Assembly: GCA_963422735.1 (NCBI GenBank)
Contig: OY730476.1
Coordinates: 3,904,001 to 3,968,000, forward strand
Length of the DNA: 64,000 nucleotides
Reading direction: 5' to 3'
DNA from: Candidatus Latescibacterota bacterium
GTDB lineage: Bacteria; Latescibacterota; UBA2968; UBA8231
The notes beneath the pieces are model-generated. The model was not told the DNA's origin. It did no database searches and saw nothing but the letters and a program-made list of their open reading frames with translations. Shown here in pieces: positions 29,400-39,518 of the stretch. The stretch's first letter is position 1, and every line of letters starts with the position of its first letter. The position numbers and the translations under genes are program-made.

Positions 29400-31019
29400 A
29401 TGTACGACCTGTTAATCCGCAACGCCCAGCTTCTCGACGGCAGCGGCCAGCCGGCTTTTAGCGGCGACATCGCCGTTGAGCAGGGCCGCATCGTGGCCAT
29501 CGGCGACCTTGCTGCGGCTACTGCCCGGCACACCATCAACGCCGAAGGCCGCATTGCCTGCCCCGGCTTTATCGACATCCACACGCATTCGGACCTGACC
29601 ATTGCCCTCGACGGCCGCGCGCTCAGCTCCCTCGCGCAGGGCATTACGACCCAAGTCATGGGCAACTGCGGCGTCTCGGCCGCGCCCACCCGCGACTACG
29701 AGCCGTACTACGGCCCACTCGACCCGGCGATGACCCGTGGCTTGGAATGCGATTGGACCCATTTTGGCGATTATTTCCAGCGGCTTGAGGCCAATGGATT
29801 GGGCACGAACGCCGCGACTTTGGTCGGCCACGGCAATGTGCGCGTTGCCGCCATGGGTTACGACGACCGCCCGCCGACTGCGGCCGAGATGGAGCAGATG
29901 AAGGTGCTCGTCGCCCGTGCGATGGAAGACGGTGCGATGGGACTTTCGTCGGGCTTGGCCTACGCGCCCGGCCCGTATGCGGCGTTGGAAGAACTGGTCG
30001 AGTTGGGGCAGGTCGTCTCTGAGTACGGCGGCATCTACACCTCGCACATCCGCAACCAGACCGAGTCGATTGCCCAAGCTGTCGGCGAGGTCATTGCCGT
30101 CGGCGAGCAAGCCGCGGTTGCGGCCCACGTCTCGCACATGCAGCCCGGTGCCCCGATGATAGGCGCGACTAGCGACTTACTCGCTACGATTGACCAGAAA
30201 CGCCGCGCGGGCTGCGACATTAGCTGCGACGCCATTCCCTATACGGTCGGCAGCACCACTCTCAAGTCGCTGTTGCCTCCTTGGGCCTTGGCCGGCGGCG
30301 ACGAGGCCCTGCTGAAGAGGCTCCAAGACCCGGAGACCCGCGCCAAGATCGAGCAGGACACCAGGCAGTACGGAGCTGAGAGCGGTGGCAGCCGCAAGCG
30401 CAACTTGGCGCGGAATGGGCAATGGGACAAGATCTGGTTGGGCAGTGCCGAGCGAAACGCCGCCCTAGTCGGCCTGAGCTTTGCCGAGATTGGTCGGCGG
30501 CGCGGCCAAGACCCCCACGACGCGGTCTGCGACATTCTCGTCGAAGAGCGCGCGCGGCCGTGGATGCTGGCCGAGGATGTGTCTGAGGAGGACTTCCTCA
30601 ACATCGCCCGCCATCCCACCGGCGGCGTCATCTCCGATGGTTTCTCGCTGGTGCCCGAAGGAACTTTGGCCGAGGGCAAGCACCATCCTCGATCTTATGG
30701 GGCCTTCCCCTACTTCCTGCGCCGCTTCGTCCGCGAGCAAGACGCACTGCACTGGCACGAGGCTATCCACAAGCTCACCGGCCACCCCGCCGCCCGCTTC
30801 CGCTTGGGTGCGCGGGGACTCTTGCGCGAAGGCTATTGGGCCGATCTCGTGGTCTTTGACCCCGAAGCCATCGGCGAGTGTGCCGACTTTGCCAACCCGT
30901 ACTGCTACCCGCAGGGCATCGACTGCGTAATTGTCAATGGACGGATCGCTGTTGAACAAGGAGAAATAGCCGACAGCCGCGCCGGACAGATCGTCCGGGC
31001 CGCGCCGGCTTCGACCTAA
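29400..31019 (+). CDS. N-acyl-D-amino-acid deacylase (D-aminoacylase)
   Basis: PGFIDIHTHSD, GNCG, SHIRN, HPRSYGAFP, ADLVVFDP. Confidence 0.92.
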   Translation: MYDLLIRNAQLLDGSGQPAFSGDIAVEQGRIVAIGDLAAATARHTINAEGRIACPGFIDIHTHSDLTIALDGRALSSLAQGITTQVMGNCGVSAAPTRDYEPYYGPLDPAMTRGLECDWTHFGDYFQRLEANGLGTNAATLVGHGNVRVAAMGYDDRPPTAAEMEQMKVLVARAMEDGAMGLSSGLAYAPGPYAALEELVELGQVVSEYGGIYTSHIRNQTESIAQAVGEVIAVGEQAAVAAHVSHMQPGAPMIGATSDLLATIDQKRRAGCDISCDAIPYTVGSTTLKSLLPPWALAGGDEALLKRLQDPETRAKIEQDTRQYGAESGGSRKRNLARNGQWDKIWLGSAERNAALVGLSFAEIGRRRGQDPHDAVCDILVEERARPWMLAEDVSEEDFLNIARHPTGGVISDGFSLVPEGTLAEGKHHPRSYGAFPYFLRRFVREQDALHWHEAIHKLTGHPAARFRLGARGLLREGYWADLVVFDPEAIGECADFANPYCYPQGIDCVIVNGRIAVEQGEIADSRAGQIVRAAPAST

Positions 31020-31061
31020 GCACTTAGCTGAAGGGCGGTTGCTGCCCCTTAGTGCTCAATG

Positions 31062-31096
31062 AAGCCCCGTCCCTCTTGTTTGAGGGCGGGGTTTTT
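31062..31096 (+). terminator. Intrinsic terminator
   Basis: GCCCCGTCCCTC-ttgttt-GAGGGCGGGGT followed by a T run. Confidence 0.75.
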
Positions 31097-31138
31097 AAGA
31101 TGTGCTGTATGTACGCAAAATACGAAATATGCCGATAT

Positions 31139-31167
31139 TTGACAAAGAGTGTTCGATAATCTAAACT
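31139..31167 (+). promoter_or_regulatory. Sigma-70 promoter
   Basis: TTGACA-17 nt-TAAACT upstream of the HTH-IrrE gene. Confidence 0.7.
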
Positions 31168-31202
31168 ATTTGTCGTCACCTATCTACTTAGGAAGGTGCT
31201 CC

Positions 31203-32420
31203 ATGGCCATTACCCTTGCAGAAATCGGGCGACGATTGCGCGTGGCACGGGAAAGTCGGCAACTCACGCAGGAGGTCGCCGGTGAGGCACTCGGCCTACG
31301 ACGCTCGGCGATCAGCCTCATGGAATCCGGCCAGCGGCAGGTCTCCACGCTCGAACTGACCCGGCTTGCCGAGTTGTACGGTCGGCCAGTCGAATGGTTC
31401 GTCAACCCCAACAGCCCAGTTGAACGAGAAGACCCGGTCGTCGCGCTCTTTCGCGCCGAGCCGGGCCTGCAAGGCGAGGTCGTCCAAAAGCAGGCTCAGC
31501 GTTGTATGCGCTTGCTCCGAGAAGGAGCGTCGCTGCGGCGGCTGACGGGTGCCAGAGTTGCTGTCTCCCTACCGCGTTACGAACTGCCGCCTCCGCGCTC
31601 TGTGGGACAGGCGATTGACCAAGGCCAGCTTGTGGCTGAGCAAGAGCGGCGTCGTCTCGATTTGGGCAATGCACCCGTCAAAGTGCCTGAGACCTTGGCT
31701 CACCAGAATATCTGGACGGCTGCTTTGCCGTTGCCCGATGAAATATCGGGTCTCTTTCTGAGCAGCCCCGACTTTGGCATGGCGATTTTGGCCAATCTCG
31801 CTCAAGCCCCGGTGCGGCGGCGGTTTTCGTTCGCCCACGAACACGGCCACGCGCTTATGGACCGCGATGAGCTAGCCACTGTTACAAGCACCCACAACGC
31901 CCAGACGCGCACCGAACAGCGGGCCAATGCCTTTGCCGCTGCTTTCCTCATGCCGGAGGAAGGGGTACGAGATTTTCTGCACAACTTGGGCAAAGGAAGG
32001 AGCACTCGCCGGGTGGAAGCTGCGATGGATGCGGTCACCGAAGAAGGAATCCAAGGTCAGTTGCGCCGCCCGGCGCGGTCCCAGAACGTAACCTATGCAG
32101 ATGTGGCACTTATGGCTTGGCACTTTGAGGTAAACTATGCAGCGGCGGTGTGGCGGCTGCGCGGCTTGAATCTCGTCAGCCAAGAACATGCCCAGACGCT
32201 TCTCGGGCAGACTGAAGAGGCCAAGTGCTATCTCCGCGCTGTATCGGATGTCGAGGATTCCGCAGACGGCGCCCATTGGGAGCACGAGTTGAATTGGCAG
32301 ATTCTATCGCTGGCTTTGGAGGCGCGGTGGCGCGGGGAGATTTCGCAGGGTCGTCTGTTGGAAGTGGGGCAGCTGTTGGGCATTGACGACGAGACGCTTC
32401 TCGACTTAGCTGAATGCTGA
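31203..32420 (+). CDS. XRE HTH plus ImmA/IrrE family metallopeptidase
   Basis: N-terminal HTH (IGRRLRVARESRQLTQE...ESGQR), RRFSFAHEHGH, EQRANAFAAAFLMP. Confidence 0.92.
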   Translation: MAITLAEIGRRLRVARESRQLTQEVAGEALGLRRSAISLMESGQRQVSTLELTRLAELYGRPVEWFVNPNSPVEREDPVVALFRAEPGLQGEVVQKQAQRCMRLLREGASLRRLTGARVAVSLPRYELPPPRSVGQAIDQGQLVAEQERRRLDLGNAPVKVPETLAHQNIWTAALPLPDEISGLFLSSPDFGMAILANLAQAPVRRRFSFAHEHGHALMDRDELATVTSTHNAQTRTEQRANAFAAAFLMPEEGVRDFLHNLGKGRSTRRVEAAMDAVTEEGIQGQLRRPARSQNVTYADVALMAWHFEVNYAAAVWRLRGLNLVSQEHAQTLLGQTEEAKCYLRAVSDVEDSADGAHWEHELNWQILSLALEARWRGEISQGRLLEVGQLLGIDDETLLDLAEC

Positions 32421-32483
32421 ATTGGCTTCGACGACTCGATTGAGCTCAGCCGAAACGCAAGTGGCCTTCCTTGGATTCTGTAA

Positions 32484-32996
32484 ATGCAGCAGAAAGATCC
32501 AACGCCGATTGTTATTGATGCTTCGGTCCTGCTGAATTTCGTGAAAATTGGTCGTGTTGAGTTGCTTAGTCATCTCGGCCCAGCGGTCGTGTTGCCCGAC
32601 CAAGTGCTCGATGAAATAAGGCGTCCAGAATAAAAGAAGGCGGTCGAAGATGCTGTGGCAGCGGGCATACTTGACTTACAAAGCGTTGACGGCCTAGCGG
32701 AAGTTGCTCTATTCGCCAAACTTCAAGCAGACGGCCGGCTTGGTGCAGGCGAGTGCGATGTCCTCGCCGTTGCACTCATGCAGGGTTGGGTCGCCGGGCT
32801 TCAGGACCGCAGGGCGCGAGTTGAAGGGCAACGCCGGCGTAGAGACTTGGTAATCTATCAGACGGAGGACTTGGTGCTGAAGTTGATCGAGAATGAAACC
32901 TTGACCGTTGAAGAAGCTGACGGGTTTCTCTCTGAGTGGGCGGCGAATCACCAGAAGGAGAGTTTAAACAATAGAAAGATAACAAGTTGGCTATAA
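32484..32996 (+). pseudogene. PIN domain (DUF3368-like) toxin with a nonsense codon
   Basis: IVIDASVLLNF...VLDEIRRPE*KKAV...LGAGECDVLAVA...DRRAR; in-frame TAA at 32631. Confidence 0.8.
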
Positions 32997-33059
32997 AGAC
33001 TATAGTTCGTTTCGGGCTGAACAGGATAGACTTGCCGAATATTGTGGCTGCTCCACCGA

Positions 33060-33664
33060 TGCTCAATACACGCGGCATGTCCATCGCCGCGCTGATGCGT
33101 TGCAAGTTCCTCCTCGCCAAGAAAATCGGAAACAAGATCGCCGCCATTCGCCAAGAGGAACGAAGCAGCGTCTATCAGCAGTACCTCTTGGTGCCCGAAG
33201 CCAACACAGCGGTCTCTTTCGACATGGCTTTCGCGTTTACGGGCAACATGTACTGGGATCAAAAGCACTATCGCGGGCGCTGGAAACCGGGCAAGCACTT
33301 CTTAGGCCCGGATCGCGTTCCCGCCTTTGACGGCGCGGAAATGTGATGCGCTCGGGTCATTGATAGTCTGGCGGCCGTGCAGTACTGGATTCGCAATGTA
33401 GCGCGCCATCCCAACTCGTTTTGGCTGCCCACCGCAACGGACAAATTCTACCCGGACTTTGTCGCCTTGCTAAACGACGGTCGTCTCCTCGTTGTCGAAT
33501 ACAAGGGCGCACATCTCGCCGAAGGGACTGATACCAACGAAAAGCGGACTATTGGTGCCCTTTGGGAGCGAGAGAGCAAAGGCATGGGCTTCTTCATCAT
33601 CGCGGAGAAAATGGTCCATGGGAAGGACGTGTGGCAGCAATTAGAAGAGAAAATCGGAATTTGA
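33060..33664 (+). pseudogene. Type III restriction (Res) subunit C-terminal nuclease fragment
   Basis: VQYWIRNV...FYPDFVALLNDGRLLVVEYKG; no helicase part, frameshift near 33343. Confidence 0.75.
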
Positions 33665-33754
33665 AATATGTTTCCGGCGGACGATTTGAAGTTTGCGAGA
33701 GCGAGACGCCCACGCTCTCAGAGGCGTTGATATCTCAAGCAGTTTGGTCCTTTT

Positions 33755-33830
33755 CTGGATGTCATGCCTAAAAGCCTGCGCCCGTGAAAACGGGTGGCGC
33801 GGTGAAGCCCGCCTACGCGGGAATGACAGC
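33755..33830. repeat. Copy of the internal palindromic module of the MITE-like family
   Basis: CTGGATGTCATGCCTAAAAGCCTGCGCCCG nearly identical to 29232-29261. Confidence 0.75.
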
Positions 33831-33944
33831 GCGGGCCGTCGTTCAAGATCAACCGAAAGCAAAATGAGTTTTGAAAACGCTTCTTAGGAGGGATGTTCAC
33901 CGCTTCACCCTCTTCACTGCTGTACCTCGTTTTCGGATGCGTAG

Positions 33945-35222
33945 ATGAGCTATGCCCAGCTAACCCGCTTCATGTTGCCCCTAGTGGTGACGGCGCTGGT
34001 GCAAGAGCTTAGTGGCCAGTTCCTCAACGGCGGCATGGCGCGCATGCCGCGGGCAGTCGAAACGCTGGCTGCCTTCGGCTTGGCCTTTGGCTTGGCTGTC
34101 TTCCTCGCCGGCACCTTATCCCAGGTGCGGCAGCTCGGCTTGGTCCTCGTCGAGCACACCCAAGGCTACCGAGTCTGCTCCCGCTTTGTGCTCGCCGCCG
34201 GGCTGCTGTTGGCCGGCATCTTGGCCAGCTTGGCGCTGACGCCTTTGGGGACTTGGATTATCAACGACCTGCACGGGGTTGATCCCGCACTCGGCGACGC
34301 GGTGCGCTTGGCCCTGCTGTGGCTCGTCCCCTACCCCGTCCTGCAGGGGATGACGCGCTTTTACAGCGGCGAACTCATCCGCGTTCGCCGCACCGACGTC
34401 CCCGCCTATGCCACCACCACTGGGATCGTCCTCAGCATCCTCGCGGTCTTTGCCCTGCTGCCGCTTGGCTTTGTCCGCCAGACCCCCATCTTACTGCCGG
34501 TCTTAGCCACGTACACAGGTGCCCTTACCGAGCTTTGCGTGGTCGCGTGGGGCCGCTGGCGCTTAGTGCGCCGGCCCGCACAAGCCACTGCACCGGCCCT
34601 GACCTACTTCTACGTCCTGCGCTTTTTCTGGCCCTTGGCGCTAATCATGGCCGTGCAGGCTGGTACCCGGCCGCTGATCAACATGTTCGTCGCCCGCAGC
34701 ATCGACGGCACCCAAGCGCTGGCCGTGCTGACCATCGTCTATGCGCTCGGCCACATCCCCTATGGCTGGCTCAACGAACTGCGCAACCTGCCGACGGCCT
34801 TCCGCCAAGAAGGGGACTTGGCCAAGATTCGCCGCTTCTGCTTGGGCTGTTGTCTGTTTTCCTGTGCGTGGATGGCGGCCCTGTTTTGGACGCCGGCTGT
34901 CAATTACATACTCGGCACTTGGATCGGCATCGGCTCCGAGTTGATCGCCGACTGCAAGACGCCCCTGCTCCTCTTTACGGGCTTTCCTTTTGTCGTCAGC
35001 CTGCGCAGCTACTTCCACGGCATTGGTCTACTCCAGCACCGCACCCAAGCTATGGCACCGAGTGCCCCGTCGCGGGTAGCGACCGTCTTGCTGATGCTGG
35101 GTCTGCTTTCCAACTTCGATCTCCACGGCGCAACCCAAGCCGTGGGTGCCTTAATCAGCGGCCACACCGTAGAGGCCCTAGTCGTCTGGTGGAGCATCGG
35201 GCGCGGTCGGCGAGCCTCTTGA
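33945..35222 (+). CDS. ANKH-like (MATE-related) multi-pass membrane transporter
   Basis: About 10-12 hydrophobic segments; [50 protein letters not shown], LHGAT motifs. Confidence 0.82.
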   Translation: [425 protein letters not shown]

Positions 35223-35268
35223 CGCAGCTAGGGCTGTATCCAACGTTCTCTACGTGAATTTTGCGGGA

Positions 35269-35293
35269 GGGCAACCACAAGGATTGCCCCTAC
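35269..35293 (-). repeat. REP-like palindrome
   Basis: GTAG-GGGCAATCCTTGTGGTTGCCC: GTAG tetranucleotide followed by a hairpin. Confidence 0.6.
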
Positions 35294-35342
35294 AAAACGG
35301 TCTTGACCCAACAACAAACCCCGGATAAAGGACGCCATACCC

Positions 35343-36983
35343 ATGAACGGCAACCAAGCCATTGCTCACATCCTCAAGGCCGAAGGCATCGCGTGGCTGT
35401 CGGCTTTTCCCGCCCAGTCGCTGATTGACGAGGCGGCACGCGCTGGGATCCGGCCCGTTATCTGCCGCCAAGAGCGGACGGGCGTCAACATGGCCGACGG
35501 CTTCAGCCGCACGACCAATGGCCGCCCCTTTGGCGTCTTCACCATGCAGACCGGGCCGGGGGCTGAAAACGCGCTCGGCGGCGTGGCCCAGGCCTACGCC
35601 GATTCCATCCCGGTGTTGCTCCTGCCCGGCGGCGTGTTCACGGCCCGCACGCAAGTGCCGCCCAACTTCGACGCGGTGCCCAACTACCGAGGCATCACCA
35701 AATGGGCTGCCAACATCAACCAAGTCGAACGCATTCCCGAGCTGATGCGCCGCGCCTTCAGCCAGCTCGTCCACGGTCGCCTCGGGCCGGTGCTCTTGGA
35801 AATCCCCAGCGACTTGGCCACCGCTGAGCTCCCAGACGACGCCCTCGACTATCAACCGGTCAAAGCCTACAAGTCGGGGGCCGACCCAGACGCGGTCCGC
35901 GATTTGGTTGCCGCGCTCGTCAAGGCCGAATGCCCGGTCGTCAACGCGGGGCACGGCGTACTGTGGGCCGAAGCCACGGACCTGCTCGTAGCCCTCGCCG
36001 AGCTGCTCAACGCGCCCGTTATGACCACCTTGGCTGGCAAGAGCGCGTTTCCCGAAAACCATCCACTCGCGCTGGGCACCGGCGGTCACACTGGCACGCT
36101 GATGGTCGATCGCTTCCTGCAAAAGACCGATTTCGTCTTGGGCGTGGGCACCAGCTTTACCATCTCGGCCTTCAATGCCCCCATGCCCGACCGCGCCGTC
36201 TTGGCGCAGGTGACCAACTGCGCGGAGGATCTCAACAAAGACTACCGAATCGACTTGGGGGTCATCGGCGATGCGCGGATCGTGCTGGAACAGATCATCG
36301 AGGAAGTCCGTCGGCAGCTTGGGGCCGACGGGCGCGCCGACGGGCGCGGGACTGCGGCCGAGATTGCGGCCATCCGCGCTGAATTCAACGCCGCGTGGGC
36401 TCCGAGATTCCGCTCGGACGAGGTGCCGATAAACCCCTACCGGGTCTTCGCCGAGCTCGCCCGCGCCGTGGATGTGCCCAACACCATCATCACCCACGAC
36501 TCGGGCTATCCCCGCGATCAGCTCGTGCCGTTCTGGCGGCCTCAAATCCCCAGAGGGTACATCGGCTGGGGCAAATCGACCCAACTCGGCTACGGCTTGG
36601 GTTTGGCATTAGGGGCCAAGTTAGCCGCGCCGGACAAGCAGATCATCAACATCATGGGCGACGCGGCTTTTGGCATGGCGGGTCTCGACATCGAGACCGC
36701 GGTGCGCGCAGAAATTCCCATTCTCACGGTGGTGCTCAACAACGGCGTGATGACCCACTACGACCAGCACATGCCCTACGCTAGCGAGCACTGGCAGAGC
36801 AACCAGCTCGGCGGCCACTACGCACAGGTGGCCGAGGCCCTCGGTGCCCACGCCGAGCGCGTCGAATCGCCCCCGGACTTGGCACCGGCCATCCAACGTG
36901 CGCTCGTGGCCAACCGCGAAGGCCGCGCCGCTCTAGTGGAAGTAATGACTAAGGCGGAAGAAAACATCGCCAAATTTTGGTAA
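35343..36983 (+). CDS. Thiamine pyrophosphate-dependent enzyme (acetolactate synthase-like)
   Basis: RQERTGVNMADG, GPGAEN, GDAAFGM...NN TPP motif. Confidence 0.92.
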   Translation: MNGNQAIAHILKAEGIAWLSAFPAQSLIDEAARAGIRPVICRQERTGVNMADGFSRTTNGRPFGVFTMQTGPGAENALGGVAQAYADSIPVLLLPGGVFTARTQVPPNFDAVPNYRGITKWAANINQVERIPELMRRAFSQLVHGRLGPVLLEIPSDLATAELPDDALDYQPVKAYKSGADPDAVRDLVAALVKAECPVVNAGHGVLWAEATDLLVALAELLNAPVMTTLAGKSAFPENHPLALGTGGHTGTLMVDRFLQKTDFVLGVGTSFTISAFNAPMPDRAVLAQVTNCAEDLNKDYRIDLGVIGDARIVLEQIIEEVRRQLGADGRADGRGTAAEIAAIRAEFNAAWAPRFRSDEVPINPYRVFAELARAVDVPNTIITHDSGYPRDQLVPFWRPQIPRGYIGWGKSTQLGYGLGLALGAKLAAPDKQIINIMGDAAFGMAGLDIETAVRAEIPILTVVLNNGVMTHYDQHMPYASEHWQSNQLGGHYAQVAEALGAHAERVESPPDLAPAIQRALVANREGRAALVEVMTKAEENIAKFW

Positions 36984-36993
36984 GGAGGAGAAA

Positions 36994-38076
36994 ATGAACC
37001 CATACAAAGCCGTTCTCATCGGCTGCAGCCGCATGGGTGCTTTTATCGACAACGAGGTTCCTGCCGATATGCGCCCGTACTCCCACGCCGCCGGGTACGA
37101 GGCTTGTGAGCGTACGGACCTTATCGCCTGCTCGGACCTGCGCCCCGAGGTGATGGGAAGGGTCGGCAAGCGCTACGGCATCCCCGCGGACAAGCAATAC
37201 ACCGACCATCGAGAGATGCTCGTGCGCGAAAAGCCGGACATCGTCAGCGTCGCCACCCAGCCCGAGCACCGCGCCGAAATCGTCATCGCAGCGACCGAAG
37301 CAGGTGCCCGCGCCATCTACGCGGAAAAGGCGTTCTCGGCCTCGCTAGAGGAAGCCGATCGCATGGTCGCAGCCTGCCAGCGCCACAACGTCGTGCTCAA
37401 CATGGGCACCAATCGCCGCTTCCACCCCGGCTACGACCAAATGAAGGCCGTCATCGACTCCGGGAGAATTGGTGCGTTGCAAACCCTCATCATCCACCAG
37501 ACCAGTGCGCTCTTCAACGGTGCCAGCCACAGCTTTGACCTGCTCCAGCGTCTCAACTCCGACGCCCCTGCCGCTTGGGTGCAAGCGCATTTGCCCAATG
37601 GCGACGAGATCATCGACGGCGATGTCCTGCGCGAGGACCCGGTCGGGCACGGCATCATCCAGTTCGCCAACGGGGTCACCGCGTACGCGCTCAATTCGGG
37701 TCGGGGATTGGAAGTGGAGGCCGTCTGCGAAAAGGGCGTGGTGACGGCACTGGGCACTGATAAAGAGTGGCAGTTGCGGGCACCGGTAGCACGCGATCAC
37801 CGGGGCCGCGATACATTGGGTTTGGTGGAATTTCCCTCTTTCGAGCACCGGGCTTCGACGCTCTGTCTAATCGAGGATCTGGTCCGCGCACTCGATACGG
37901 GCGAGCCTCCGCGCGGCGGTGCCGAGCTAGCACGGGCCAATACCGAGCTAATTTTCGCATTTGTCGAGTCGCACCAACGCGGCGGTGCTCGCGTAGAGTT
38001 GCCGCTTGCCGGGAGCAAGTATCGGCTGGCGCGGGATCGCGCGCCGCGGCAGCCTAAGTACGAGGCGGGCGTTTGA
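36994..38076 (+). CDS. Gfo/Idh/MocA family oxidoreductase
   Basis: LIGCSRMG, PDIVSVATQPEHR, AEKA, NRRF. Confidence 0.9.
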   Translation: MNPYKAVLIGCSRMGAFIDNEVPADMRPYSHAAGYEACERTDLIACSDLRPEVMGRVGKRYGIPADKQYTDHREMLVREKPDIVSVATQPEHRAEIVIAATEAGARAIYAEKAFSASLEEADRMVAACQRHNVVLNMGTNRRFHPGYDQMKAVIDSGRIGALQTLIIHQTSALFNGASHSFDLLQRLNSDAPAAWVQAHLPNGDEIIDGDVLREDPVGHGIIQFANGVTAYALNSGRGLEVEAVCEKGVVTALGTDKEWQLRAPVARDHRGRDTLGLVEFPSFEHRASTLCLIEDLVRALDTGEPPRGGAELARANTELIFAFVESHQRGGARVELPLAGSKYRLARDRAPRQPKYEAGV

Positions 38077-38222
38077 GTCTGTCTGGCGTTAGATAAACCG
38101 ACAAACTGTTTCTCATATCCTAAGAGAAATTCTACTTGGCTCCATGCGTTTCGATGAGTGACGATAGTTTCGGTGGAGCCTCGCTGCCCCTCGCGTACAA
38201 ACCAAAAGATGGGACTAAACCC

Positions 38223-38712
38223 TCATTGCTCTAACTTTACGGTCAATGACCGGGTGCGTTGAGCAATGGTCTTGGATTCGTCGAGTTCGCCATCTCCAAC
38301 GTTCAACTCCTGAAATCGCCGCATAGGGGGCAAGACTCTGCGCTCCAGCGAACCGATGGGCCGATTGTAACTCTCAATAGTCTGATCGATACGCCACCTC
38401 AAATTGTTGAGGTGGCGAAAGAATGGTTCCATGCGCTGGTAGAGCTCTTTGCTCGTAGCTGCTATTTGACGTGCATTTTTAGACACCGCTTGTTGTTGCC
38501 ATTCATAAGCAACAGCCTTCAAGAGTGCCAAAAGCGTCACAGGTGTCGCTATCAGTACCTTACTTTTCAAGGCATCGTCTAACAAATTTGGCTCTTCTAT
38601 AAATGCCGCCTCAACACTGGCTTCGACTGGCACAAACATGACGACAAACTCCGGAGCCTTTTCGAATTGCGCCCAGTAGGCTTTTTGTTCCAATTCGCGC
38701 ACCCGATTATGC
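38223..38712 (-). pseudogene. rmuC: RmuC C-terminal fragment
   Basis: KAYWAQF..APEFVVMFVP.E, ATPVTLLALLKAVAY.WQQ, YN..IGSLERRVLP. Confidence 0.82.
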
Positions 38713-38713
38713 A

Positions 38714-39515
38714 CTATGCGAGAACAGCGGCAGTAGTGCTGCGCCCAACGCCACCCTTGACCGAGAACAACGTGTAGCGCATCGGCGTCCTTTGCGGGTC
38801 TGAATCGCCGACTGTCCACCAATCGCGGCTGGTTACTAGACGATCGACCCAATACACGCCGGGAAGAATCTCTTGCGCCATGTCGTTGAGTGCTTTCAGC
38901 ATGGCGTCATCCACGAACAGAACGGCCTCTTCGGCAGGGTAGCCATGTTTGCCGAGCGTTTTGTGTAGGCCAGCGGCGAGGCGTTGCAGCGTACTATCCT
39001 CTTGAACTGCGTCCGACACCAATATACGCACCCTTCCGAACAAATCTCGCGCCAAGTAGATGGAAGTAGTCTCGTCGGGAATTGCCTCGCTTTTGAGCAT
39101 ATCGGTCACGCGCTGCTGCATGGCATCGAAGGAAACGAAGTAGCCATCCTGTTCTGCGCGTTGAACCATATAATAAACCGTACAAGCTGCTTTGCGATGC
39201 GGCTCCACGTCTGCTCTTTGGAAATGGCATCCACGGGCATAGCGGTTGTGATGCGACCAGTTATGGAACGGGTCGCCGTTCGGGATTTGACTCAGGTACT
39301 GCGATCCATTCCTACCGTTGACGAAGCTCTTGAAGATCAGCCACAGCTTCTTCACATGATTTTGGTGCTGTTCATCAGTCGGTTTTCCATCCGATTCGAC
39401 AGACATCCCAAGGGCCTTCATCACCGCCTTGCTGAACCCGTATAACTGATCGGCGTTTGCACAGCGACTCTGGTCGGAGAGTAGCTCCGCGTCTTGCCAG
39501 TGGCGTCGGCAGGAT
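38714..39515 (-). pseudogene. HEPN-like small protein fused to the N-terminus of a KGGVGR-motif ParA-like ATPase, truncated
   Basis: RHWQDAELL...NADQLYGF...PFHNWSHHNRYA then LARDLFGRVRI...FSVKGGVGRSTTAAVLA*. Confidence 0.68.
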
Positions 39516-39518
39516 GTA

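Noticed and set aside
35223-35342. TPP riboswitch upstream of the TPP enzyme
   Set aside because: No conserved CTGAGA core; the hairpin is a REP-like element
35250-36584. 444 aa minus-strand ORF
   Set aside because: Antisense shadow of the TPP enzyme
14640-38716. In-frame TAG/TAA stops as recoding or an alternative genetic code
   Set aside because: They occur only in decaying fragments as single transitions, and intact genes end normally in TAG, TAA and TGA
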